Source: Spirochaetia bacterium
Lineage (GTDB): Bacteria; Spirochaetota; Spirochaetia; SZUA-6; Bin103
Direction: 5' to 3'
DNA: 64,000 nucleotides
Assembly: GCA_965203055.1 (NCBI GenBank)
Contig: OZ241863.1
Coordinates: forward strand, 1,376,001-1,440,000
Positions 39,068 through 49,400 of this stretch are shown in pieces. The translations under genes were made by a program, and so were the position numbers. The first letter of the stretch is position 1. Every line of letters starts with the position of its first letter. The notes under the pieces are model-generated. The model made no database searches. It worked only from the letters and a program-made list of their open reading frames with translations, and was not told the DNA's origin.

Positions 39068-40120
39068 ATGGATCAGGCAATGCCGCCGCGCGCCGAGATG
39101 CTCACGGCGTTCATCGGGCGGGACGCAAACTATGATGGCGCCTTCGTGGCCGCGGTGCGCACTACCGGCATCTTCTGCCGCTCCTCCTGCCCGGCCCGCA
39201 AACCCCACCCGCGGCACGTCGAGTTCTTCGCCTCCGCCGGCCGCGCCCTGGCGGCCGGCTACCGGCCCTGTCTGCGCTGCCGGCCGCTCGATCCCGGCGG
39301 CGCGGCGCCGGCCTGGCTGAGTCCCCTGCTGGCGGCGGTGGAGCGCGACCCGCAGCGCCGCTGGACCGACGCCGACCTGCGCGCCGCCGGCCTGCGTCCG
39401 GAGGCGGCGCGGCGCTGGTTTCAGCGGCGCTGCGGGATGACGTTTCACGGTTACGCGCGCGCCCGCCGGCTGGCCGCCGCGGTCGGCCACCTGCAACAGG
39501 GCGCGCCGGTTGCCGATACCGCGTTCGCTCACGGATACGAGTCATTGAGCGGCTTCAACGATGCGCTCCGCAACCTGCTTGGCGCCGCCCCCGGCGCCGC
39601 GGCCGATGCGCCGCTGCTGACGGTGGCGCCGCTGTCGACACCGTTGGGCACGATGCTGCTCGGCGCCGCAGATGGCAAGCTGTGTCTGGCCGAGTTCACC
39701 GATCAGGAACGGCTGCAAGCGCAAGTACGGCGCGTGCGTCAGCGCCTGAACGCCGCCCTCGTCCCGGGCCGCGCGCCTCCTGTCGAGCGCGCCGCGCAGC
39801 AGTTGGCGGAGTACTTCGCCGGCTCCCGGCAGCGCTTCGAGCTGCCCCTGTTGCCGGCTGGTACGACGCTGCAGCGCCAAGTGTGGGACACGCTGTTGCG
39901 GATTCCGTATGGGGCTACCTGGAGCTACGCGCAGGTCGCTGCCGCGATCGGCCGCCCGCGGGCGGCCCGGCCGGTAGGCCGCGCCGTTGGCGCCAACCCC
40001 ATCGCGGTCGTGGTTCCCTGCCACCGGGTAATCGGCAGCGGCGGCGGGCTGACCGGCTACGGCGGCGGGCTTTGGCGCAAACGCCGCCTGCTGGACCTCG
40101 AACGGCAAGCACCCGCATGA
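39068..40120 (+). CDS. ada: Bifunctional Ada regulator / O6-methylguanine-DNA methyltransferase
   Basis: TTGIFCRSSC...GYRPCLRC Zn site, AraC HTH, VVPCHRV active site. Confidence 0.92.
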   Translation: MDQAMPPRAEMLTAFIGRDANYDGAFVAAVRTTGIFCRSSCPARKPHPRHVEFFASAGRALAAGYRPCLRCRPLDPGGAAPAWLSPLLAAVERDPQRRWTDADLRAAGLRPEAARRWFQRRCGMTFHGYARARRLAAAVGHLQQGAPVADTAFAHGYESLSGFNDALRNLLGAAPGAAADAPLLTVAPLSTPLGTMLLGAADGKLCLAEFTDQERLQAQVRRVRQRLNAALVPGRAPPVERAAQQLAEYFAGSRQRFELPLLPAGTTLQRQVWDTLLRIPYGATWSYAQVAAAIGRPRAARPVGRAVGANPIAVVVPCHRVIGSGGGLTGYGGGLWRKRRLLDLERQAPA

Positions 40121-40152
40121 AGGTAGAGGCGTCACCCCGGGGAGAGTATCAC

Positions 40153-40593
40153 TCATTCTCGTCGGATGCGTCGTTCAATCCAGATACGGATCTCCTCCAC
40201 GCACATATCGTGGGACGCCACGGCTCGCGTCAGATCCTCCAACGCTTCATTGTCGGCCAACAGGAGGTAGCCGTTGATGCTCAGGAACAGTTCGGTAGCC
40301 GCGACCGCAACCCGTTTGTTGCCTTCGACGAACGGGTGGTTCGTCACCAGGGAGTGCATCAAGGCAGCGGCTTTTTCCGCAATTGAGACATAGAGGTCAT
40401 GGCCGCCAAAGGAGGCGGCCGGGCGACCGAGCGCGGACTGGAGGCCCCGCCGATTCAGCACCGTGTCCGTCTTGACTGGGTTTGCAAATAAATCGAGGAG
40501 TAGTCTTACGGCGTCAATTGTGTTGGCTGGCACGTCAGCGATGATCGCTCGGTGAAGAACCAAGACTTGCTTTTCACTCAGATACTCGACCAT
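40153..40593 (-). CDS. Doc/Fic-family toxin
   Basis: HPFVEGNKR motif; overlaps the upstream antitoxin. Confidence 0.9.
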   Translation of the reverse strand: MVEYLSEKQVLVLHRAIIADVPANTIDAVRLLLDLFANPVKTDTVLNRRGLQSALGRPAASFGGHDLYVSIAEKAAALMHSLVTNHPFVEGNKRVAVAATELFLSINGYLLLADNEALEDLTRAVASHDMCVEEIRIWIERRIRRE

Positions 40594-40855
40594 CAGCCTC
40601 GTTGCCGTCGTCGTCAGCGAGACGTTCGTAGAGCTCACGCCGCTCCCGGACGAGGCTGTCCACCATCTTCCTGAACCGTGCGGAAGCCTCACCCGCCTCG
40701 AAGAACCTGACTCCGGCACGGACGATGAAGCTCCCGTCGCGCGGGTCGACCGCGGCATCCACCTCCATGCCGGGCTGCAACGCCAATTCCTCTACCAGAT
40801 CGTGAGGCAGCGTTACGGCAAGGCTGTTGCCTACCTGCACCAACTTGCGCTTCAT
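40574..40855 (-). CDS. AbrB/MazE-family antitoxin
   Basis: MKRKLVQVGNSLAVTLP; C-terminal RELYERLA. Confidence 0.88.
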   Translation of the reverse strand: MKRKLVQVGNSLAVTLPHDLVEELALQPGMEVDAAVDPRDGSFIVRAGVRFFEAGEASARFRKMVDSLVRERRELYERLADDDGNEADGRVSE

Positions 40856-40864
40856 ACCACGCAC

Positions 40865-40888
40865 CGTATTACGACCAATCGCAATACG
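40865..40888 (-). promoter_or_regulatory. TA operator inverted repeat within a leaderless promoter
   Basis: CGTATTACGA-CCAA-TCGCAATACG; - strand TTGCGT-N17-TACGGT, 7 nt before ATG 40855. Confidence 0.7.
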
Positions 40889-41051
40889 CAAGCTGACGCC
40901 GCTCCGTGCCGCCCGCGGCGGTTGCCGCTGACTGCGCAGGGGCGTATGCTCTGCGAACAGGTGGTCACCCGATGAGTACGATCGTGGAACGGACGACGGC
41001 GTTGGAGGGCAGGACCGATCGCCTGGAATGGCCTGCCGGGCGCGACGCGCA

Positions 41052-41834
41052 ATGACGCTCACCACTGAGGATCTGCGCTTCTTCAAGCGCAACGGGTACC
41101 TGATCAAGCGCAAGGTGATGGATCGCGCGCTGATGGCCGAGGCGCGCCGCCGCCTGTGGGACGATCCACCGCAATCGATGCAACCGGACGCCCCCGAATC
41201 CTGGGTAGGCCCGCTGCCCGCCGCCGACCACTCCTCCGATTCGGACAACCAGCGCGGCGAATACCGCTGGCAGTACCGGCGCATCGGCGCGGAACCGTGG
41301 ATCGTACGCATGCTGGCTACCGATCCGGCGATCTTCGCCATGGCGGAACAGATGCTCGGTCCCGGCGAGCTGCAGCCTCCCGACCGCATCCGCGGCATCT
41401 ATTGCACCTTGCCGTATGGCGACCGGCCGCGGCCTCCGGTCGGCTGTCACTGCGACGGCCACCCGTTCCATCTGGGAGTGGTCGGCTACATCGACGACGT
41501 AGCGCCGGACGGCGGCGGGTTCTGCGTGTGGCCGGGCAGCCACCGGCGGTTCTACCATACCTTCCGTACCGGCTACCTGCGCGACACCACGCCGGCCCAC
41601 GAGGAGATGGTGGCGCAGGTCAACCGCAACGGGCCGGTCGATTGCCACGGCGCGGCCGGCGACGTCGTCTTCTGGCACCATCGTCTGGGTCACATGGCAG
41701 GCCACAACTACTCGCGCCGCATCCGCCAGGCGGTGCTCTACGACTACCGCAAGCGGGATCTGCCGGAAGTGGAGGGCCGCCCGCCCTGCGCGGACATGTG
41801 GCAGCACTGGGCGCCGGAGCTGCGCGGCCTGTGA
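41052..41834 (+). CDS. Phytanoyl-CoA dioxygenase (PhyH)-family Fe(II)/2OG enzyme
   Basis: LTTEDLRFFKRNGYL, HCD, GGFCVWPGSH, GDVVFWHHRLGH. Confidence 0.85.
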   Translation: MTLTTEDLRFFKRNGYLIKRKVMDRALMAEARRRLWDDPPQSMQPDAPESWVGPLPAADHSSDSDNQRGEYRWQYRRIGAEPWIVRMLATDPAIFAMAEQMLGPGELQPPDRIRGIYCTLPYGDRPRPPVGCHCDGHPFHLGVVGYIDDVAPDGGGFCVWPGSHRRFYHTFRTGYLRDTTPAHEEMVAQVNRNGPVDCHGAAGDVVFWHHRLGHMAGHNYSRRIRQAVLYDYRKRDLPEVEGRPPCADMWQHWAPELRGL

Positions 41835-41879
41835 CCGCGCCTGGCCTGCGGCGCGCCGTCAACCGGTAAGCCGCTCGTC

Positions 41880-42590
41880 GTGAGCGCGGTCCGCTTGCGG
41901 CTCTCCGTCATCATTCCCGTCTACAACGAGCGGCGCTGGATTCCGGAGCTGTTGGCCCGGGTGCTGGCGGCGGACGTGGACAAGCAGGTGGTGGTGGTCG
42001 ACGACGGGTCGACCGACGGCACCGCGGAGTGGCTGGATGGGTGGCGGGTCGGCCAGCCGGATTGGATCACGGTGCTCCGGCATCCCTGCAATCGGGGCAA
42101 GGCTGCGGCGGTCCGCACCGGATTGGCGCAGGCCGACGGCGACTGCGTCGTCATTCAGGATGGAGACCTGGAGTATGATCCGGGCGACTACCCGCGGCTG
42201 TTGCGGCCGCTGGCGGAGGGCCGGTGCCGGGTGGTCTACGGCTCGCGGTTCCTCGGCCGCCGGCCGCGCATGTTCTTCACGCAGCGGCTTGGCAACCGCG
42301 TACTGACTTGGCTGACGAACCGCCTCTACGGGACTTCGCTGACCGACATGGAGACCTGTTACAAGCTCATTGCCAGGGAGGTCATCGCGCGCATTGCCAT
42401 CGAATCGAGCGGCTTCGACCTTGAACCGGAGCTGACGGCGCGAGTGTTGCGCCAGGGGCTGGAGATCGTCGAGGTGCCGATTTCGTATTCGGGCAGGACC
42501 TACGCCGAAGGCAAGAAGATCAAGTGGCGCGACTTCGTGTCGTCGGCGTGGACGCTGGTACGGCTGCGGTTTCGCGGAGCGTCCGAGTAG
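41880..42590 (+). CDS. GT2 glycosyltransferase (polyprenol-phosphate glycosyltransferase-like)
   Basis: LSVIIPVYNE, VDDGSTDGT, NRGK, QDGDLEYDP, DMETCYK. Confidence 0.92.
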   Translation: MSAVRLRLSVIIPVYNERRWIPELLARVLAADVDKQVVVVDDGSTDGTAEWLDGWRVGQPDWITVLRHPCNRGKAAAVRTGLAQADGDCVVIQDGDLEYDPGDYPRLLRPLAEGRCRVVYGSRFLGRRPRMFFTQRLGNRVLTWLTNRLYGTSLTDMETCYKLIAREVIARIAIESSGFDLEPELTARVLRQGLEIVEVPISYSGRTYAEGKKIKWRDFVSSAWTLVRLRFRGASE

Positions 42591-42596
42591 CGTATC

Positions 42597-43559
<963 letters not shown>

Positions 43560-43570
43560 GCGGCACGGCC

Positions 43571-44674
43571 ATGGCCTGGGTTTCAGACGCCATCCGAGCC
43601 GCGCGAGCGCGCCGCGGGTCCGGGCCGCCGGCGTTGCGGGCGCGGCGCTGGTGGCAGGCGGCGTTCGGCTTGGCGGCGAGCGCCGGACTTGGGTGGCTGC
43701 TTACCCGCAATCTGGATTGGGAAGCTCTGGGCCGGGCGATCGCCGGCTTGTCCCTCCCCGCGGTCCTGCTGATCCTGGGCTTCCTGACCGCGGGCTGGGC
43801 GCTGCGGATCGTACGCTGGTGGTGGCTGCTGCGGGTGCCGGAACCGGCGTTGCCGCTCGGCGCCTGCGTCGGGCCGTTCATAGTCGGCATGGCGGTGAAC
43901 AACCTGCTGCCGTACCGGGCCGGTGACGGGGTGCGGGTCGTGGGGTTCCGCCGCCAACTTCGATCGCCGGTGGCGCTGGTGGCGGGCACGGTGCTGATCG
44001 AGCGGTTGTTGGACGTATCGGTCCTGGTCCCGCTGTTCTTTCTCGGTTTGCTGGGCGTGCCTGCCGGCGCCTTCCCGCGCGCCTTCACCGCCGCGGTGGC
44101 TTGGCTGGCGGGCGCCGGCGGGGCCGCGCTGCTCGTCATCCTGCTGTTCCCGTCGCTGCTCGACCGTCTGCTGAACCGCATCTCCGCCAGCGGGCGCTGG
44201 CGCCGCTCCGCGCCGGGCGCGCGGTTCCCGGCCGGGCGCCGCCTGCTTCAGGGCATCGCTCGACACGGTGGGCATCTGGTGGAAGCGCTGCGCCTGCTGC
44301 ACTCCCGAGCGCGCATGGTCGGGCTGTTCGGGCTGTCGGTCGCCGCCTGGGCCTGCGAGGGGGCGGTGTTCGCGGCCACGGCCGCGGCCGTCGGGGCCGG
44401 CGGCGCGGCGCCGGCCCCGTGGTTTGCGGCGGCCGCCGGTACGCTGGCCACGGTCATTCCCAGCACGCCCGGGCACATCGGTACGTTCGATTACTTCACC
44501 GCGCAGGCTCTGGCCGCCTACGGCGCCGCCCCGGCCGCGGCCGCCGCCTTCGCGCTGACCGTGCACGCGGTGTTGTGGACGGCGTCCACCGCCGCCGGGC
44601 TGCTGTGGCTGCTCGGGTTTGCGGGAGTCAGCCGGTACGCACGGAGCCGGGCCGGCCCGGTTTCCCGGCAGTGA
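43571..44674 (+). CDS. Lysylphosphatidylglycerol-synthase TM / flippase-like membrane protein
   Basis: LRIVRW, NNLLPYRAGD, IERLLD, IPSTPGHIGTFD; multiple TM helices. Confidence 0.85.
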   Translation: MAWVSDAIRAARARRGSGPPALRARRWWQAAFGLAASAGLGWLLTRNLDWEALGRAIAGLSLPAVLLILGFLTAGWALRIVRWWWLLRVPEPALPLGACVGPFIVGMAVNNLLPYRAGDGVRVVGFRRQLRSPVALVAGTVLIERLLDVSVLVPLFFLGLLGVPAGAFPRAFTAAVAWLAGAGGAALLVILLFPSLLDRLLNRISASGRWRRSAPGARFPAGRRLLQGIARHGGHLVEALRLLHSRARMVGLFGLSVAAWACEGAVFAATAAAVGAGGAAPAPWFAAAAGTLATVIPSTPGHIGTFDYFTAQALAAYGAAPAAAAAFALTVHAVLWTASTAAGLLWLLGFAGVSRYARSRAGPVSRQ

Positions 44675-44755
44675 GGTCTGCGCCGAACCGCGCATCCCGG
44701 TAGCACCGCGTCAGTAGGTCGCAAGGCACCGGCGGCATGCGCTATGATGCGGCCC

Positions 44756-45919
44756 ATGGCGGATACCTTGACGCAGGCTGCCCTCCGCGTACCCGGCCGG
44801 AGCCCGCAGCAGGAGCGCAATGGCGCCGGTCGGCCGCGCGCCACCGGCTACATCGATTGCGACGCCCACAACTACCCGGAGTCGATCGACGCGCTGTTGC
44901 CCTTCATGGCGCCGCGCTGGCGCTCGTTCGTGGAGCAGATCGGCTATTCCGGTCCACTGGTAAACCTCTATCCCAAGGTGTATGCCGACGCCGCCCGGCG
45001 CGACGCATACCCTCCGGGCGGCGGCAAGCCGGGCAGCGATCCGCAGTTCGCGGCGCGCCAGCTCCTCGATACGTGGGGCTTCGCCTACGCGGTGCTCAAC
45101 CCGCTCTACGCCCACTCTCAGGTCCGCAACCTGCACCTGGGCAGCGAACTGGCGCGGGCGGTGAACCGCTGGACCGCGGCGCATTGGCTGGATGCCGACC
45201 CGCGTTGGCGCGGTTCCATCGTGGTCAACATCGAAGACCCCGAGGCCGCTGCGGAGGAGATCCGCAGCGTGGCGCGGGATGGCCGTTTCGTGCAGGTGCT
45301 GCTGCTGGTGCGCTCGCCGGAGCCGTACGGCCGGCAGCGCTATCGGCCGATCTTTTGCGCCGCTACCGAAGCCGGGCTGCCGGTGGGAATCCACTTCGGC
45401 GGCGGCGGCACGCCGATCACCGCGGTTGGCTGGCCTTCCTACTACATCGAAGACCACACCGGCATGGCGCAGGCGTTTCAGTCCCAGATCATCAGTCTGG
45501 TATGCGAGGGCGTTCTGGAAGAGCTGCCGGAGTGCCGCATCGCCCTCGTCGAGGGCGGCTTCGCCTGGTTGCCGCCGTTGATGTGGAGGCTGGACAAGAA
45601 CTACAAGGGGCTCCGCGACGAGGTGCCGTGGCTCACCCGGCTGCCTAGCGACTATATCCGCGAGCGGTTCCGCGCCACGACGCAGCCGATGGAGGAACCC
45701 GACGATCCCGACCATCTGCGGCAGATCATCGCCATGCTCGGACGGGACGACTTTCTGATGTTCGCCACCGACTACCCCCACTGGGACTTCGACGCGCCCG
45801 ACCGCGCGGTTCAGGCGCTGGGAGACACGCCGTTGCGCCGCGCCGTCATGGCCGCCAACGCGCGCGGGTTCTACGACTTCGAGCGCGGTGCGCCGGCCGG
45901 CGGCGGTGCCGGGCGGTAG
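44756..45919 (+). CDS. Amidohydrolase-2 family metalloprotein
   Basis: IDCDAHN, VGIH, VEGG, TTQPMEEP, FATDYPHWDFD. Start moved to ATG 44756, 7 nt after -10 TATGAT. Confidence 0.88.
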   Translation: MADTLTQAALRVPGRSPQQERNGAGRPRATGYIDCDAHNYPESIDALLPFMAPRWRSFVEQIGYSGPLVNLYPKVYADAARRDAYPPGGGKPGSDPQFAARQLLDTWGFAYAVLNPLYAHSQVRNLHLGSELARAVNRWTAAHWLDADPRWRGSIVVNIEDPEAAAEEIRSVARDGRFVQVLLLVRSPEPYGRQRYRPIFCAATEAGLPVGIHFGGGGTPITAVGWPSYYIEDHTGMAQAFQSQIISLVCEGVLEELPECRIALVEGGFAWLPPLMWRLDKNYKGLRDEVPWLTRLPSDYIRERFRATTQPMEEPDDPDHLRQIIAMLGRDDFLMFATDYPHWDFDAPDRAVQALGDTPLRRAVMAANARGFYDFERGAPAGGGAGR

Positions 45920-45970
45920 CCGCGTTCGTACCGCCCCGCACGGCTCGGGCGCGGTGCTGGCGGTGCTGCC

Positions 45971-46321
45971 GTGAGCATTGACGCAGGACCGGCCGCCGCC
46001 TTTCCGGAAGGGAGCGTGCGCCGCGTCCGGGCGGGCAATCGCGCGCTGGTGGTGGTGCACCGCGGCGGGCGGCTGCATGCCCTGCGCGACCAGTGCCCGC
46101 ATCAAGGCGCCGCCCTGTCGTCAGGGCGGGTATTGGAGCAGCCCTGCGCTCGGCTCGAAGCGGGCCGGGCGGTGTTTACCGGACACGAAACGGTGTTGCA
46201 GTGCCCGTGGCACGGATGGGCGTTTCGCCTCGCCGACGGCCGCGCGCCGGCAATCCCCAACGCGCGCGTGCGGCGCTACCCGGTGCGCGTCGCCGCCGGT
46301 CGCCTCATCATAGACCTGTAA
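45971..46321 (+). CDS. Rieske 2Fe-2S ferredoxin
   Basis: CPHQG and CPWHGW motifs. Confidence 0.92.
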   Translation: MSIDAGPAAAFPEGSVRRVRAGNRALVVVHRGGRLHALRDQCPHQGAALSSGRVLEQPCARLEAGRAVFTGHETVLQCPWHGWAFRLADGRAPAIPNARVRRYPVRVAAGRLIIDL

Positions 46322-46377
46322 CGAACTGACTCGAAATCGCGCCGCCTCGCTGACCGCGGGGGTGAACGAACGTCCTT

Positions 46378-46430
46378 AAAAGAAGAAAGCCCGCAGCGTG
46401 ATCTCCACAGGGGAGATCACGCTTGCGGGC
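46378..46430 (-). terminator. Rho-independent terminator of the large repeat-protein gene
   Basis: Long stem GCCCGCAAGCGTGATCTCC...GGAGATCACGCTGCGGGC followed by TTTCTTCTTTT on the - strand. Confidence 0.85.
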
Positions 46431-46468
46431 CGCCTTGGCGTTCGCGCGGTCAGCGCGCGATTCGCGTT

Positions 46469-49400
46469 CTAGCGCGCGGTTACGTAGACCTGAGTAAACT
46501 CCACCGGGCCGCCGAGGGAGCGCAACGCAACGCGGTCTCCTGCGGTGATCGCCGCGCCGACGTTCAGCCTGAGCTGTTCCTCTCCGCCTACCAGGAGGGT
46601 AACCGTGCCGTCGCTCTGGTAGAGCGCTTCCAGCGTCAGCGGCGAGTTCAGCGACTGTTCGATACGCCTGCTGGCAAGCCAGGCCAACGTGTTGTTGTCA
46701 CTCGACTCGTAGAACTGCAGGTGGGTCGCGTCCGTGTCGTAGAACGGATCCCGCGTCGCCCAGATCAGGTAGGAACGACCATAGTTCCAGGTATTCGCGG
46801 TATCCGGCGTATCGGAGGCGAGCAGGTGCAGGCCGAAGCCAACCTTGTCGCTCCCGGAAGGAGCGCTGGCGGTAACCCCGAACAGCATCTCCGACCCCGA
46901 CTGCGCCGCGGGTATCGTGTACTTCGCGTGGCTGGCGCCGGAGTCGGTTTGAGTCACCGTCGCGCCGCTCTCACTCCACGCACCCTCGTTCGCCAGCGCC
47001 TGCCCGTCGGTAAATCCGTTCACCAGGTAGGTGCCGCCGGTAATCAACTTGTCCCGCTGCAGTTCGGCGACGGTCCTGACCGCCCATCCGTTGTTCCGCA
47101 CGGCTACGTCGTCGATGCCGCCCTCGGCGTCGAACGTCAAGGTCAGCGTGTGCGCAAGGCCCTGGATGCCGACGTTCGACAACACCAGAGCATCGCCAAC
47201 GACTTCGATTTCCGCAGCATCCATGGTTACGGAGTCGGTGAACATGTCGTCGGCGCTGTCGAACAGCGCTTCCACCTTGCCCATGCCGCCTTGTTCGTAG
47301 CTCACCCGCACCGATACGTCTCGTCCGGCGTACTGCACTCCGGAGATGTAGATCGAGTTGGGGCCGGCGATGTTGAGCCGAGCGGACTCCAGATCGAGGA
47401 GCCCCAGATTGAGGCCCACCAACGGGACGCCCTCATCGGCCTCCGCCATCGCAGCGTCGGCCGCGTCCATTGTCATCGCAGCCGCGGCCTCGGCTGCCAT
47501 CGCCCGTTCGAGGGCCGCGTCAGCTTCCGCCCGCGCGGCTGCCGCTTCGGCCTCGGCCGCTTGCGCCCGTTCCAGGGCCGCCGCAGCTTCCGCCCGTGCG
47601 GTTTGCGCGGCGGTCGGCGGCAGGGTGACGCGGCGGATGTTGGTGACCCGCAACTGGTCGCCGCCGGCGTACTCCAACGTGCCGGAGTAGCCGACGCCGC
47701 CAACTTCGACGTTGGAGACCGCCAGCGACGCCGGGGCCACGAATTCGACCGTGGTCTGCGCCAACCCCACGGAGTCGGGGATCAGCTTGCCCATCTGGCC
47801 GTAGACCGCTTCCACGGTAGCGGAGGTGCCGCCGGTGTACTTGAGCAGTGCCGAGTAGGGCATGCCGTCGTACATGATGTTGGAGAGATAGATGGCGTCG
47901 GGACCGGCCAGAGTTACCCGCACCTGATCGACGTTGGCGCGGTTCGCATCGAGCATTTCGGCGAAGACCATCACCTGGGAAGGTTGATGGGCAGCCGCCA
48001 TCATCGCGTCGACCTGGGCCTGAGCGGCCTTCGCCTCGGCTGCCGATGCCTGCGAGGACGCCTTGGCGACCTTCACGTCCGCCGCTGCCGCCTCGGCATC
48101 CGCCATCGCTGATTGGGCGTCTGCCATGGCCGCTTCGGCTTTCGCCTGGGCAGCGCTTACTGCCGCGGCCGCGTCGGCTTGCGCCTTGGCGATGGCTGCC
48201 GCAGCTTCCGCCTGCGCGGTTTCCGCGGCGGTCGGCGGCAAGGTGACCCGGCGGATGTCGGTGACCCGCAACTGGTCGCCGCCGGCATACTCCAACGTGC
48301 CGGAGTAGCCGACGCCGCCAACTTCTACGTTGGAGACCGCCAGTGCGGCCGGGGCCACGAATTCCACCGTAGTCTGCGCCAACCCCACGGAGTCGGGGAT
48401 CAGCTTGCCCATCTGGCCGTAGACCGCTTCCACGGTAGCGGAGGTGCCGCCGGTGTACTTGAGCAGTGCCGAATAGGGCATGCCGTCGTACATGATGTTG
48501 GAGAGATAGATGGCGTCGGGACCGGCCAGAGTTACCCGCACCTGATCGAGATTGGCGCGGTTCGCATCGAGCATTTCGGCGAAGACCATCACCTGGGAAG
48601 GCTGATGGCCAGCCGCCATCATCGCGTCGACCTTGGCCTGCGCGGCCGCGGCCTCGGCTGCCGATGCCGCGGCGGCTGCCTGAGCGGCCTGAGCATCGGC
48701 CATCGCAGCTTCAGCATCGGCCATTGCCGCCTCGGCTTCCGCCTGAGCCATGCTCACCGCCGCGGCGGCGTCGGCTTGCGCCTTGGCGACGGCCGCGTCA
48801 GCTTCCGCCCGCGCCGCTTCCGCGGCGGACGGCGGCAGGGCGACCCGGCGGATGTTGGTGACCCGCAACTGGTCGCCGCCGGCATATTCCAACGTGCCGG
48901 AGTAGCCGACGCCGCCAACTTCGACGTTGGAGACCGCCAGCGACGCCGGGGCCACGAATTCGACCGTGGTCTGCGCCAACCCCACGGAGTCGGGGATCAG
49001 CTTGCCCATCTGGCCGTAGACCGCTTCCACGGTAGCGGAAGTGCCGCCGGTGTACCTGAGCAGTGCCGAATAGGGCATGCCGTCGTACATGATGTTGGAG
49101 AGGTAGATGGCGTCGGGACCGGCCAGAGTTACCCGCACCTGATCGAGATTGGCGCGGCTCGCATCGAGCATCTCGGCGAAGACCATCACCTGGGAAGGCT
49201 GATGGCCGGCCGCCATCATCGCGTCGACCTTGGCCTGCGCCGCCGCAGCGTCGGCTGCGGCCGCATCTGCGGCCGCCATTGCCGCCTCGGCATCGGCCAT
49301 CGCCGACTGGGCGTCTGCCATGGCCGTCTCGGCTTCCGCCTGAGCCATGCTTACCGCCGCCGCGGCGTCGGCTTGCGCCTTGGCGACGGCCGCCGCGGCT

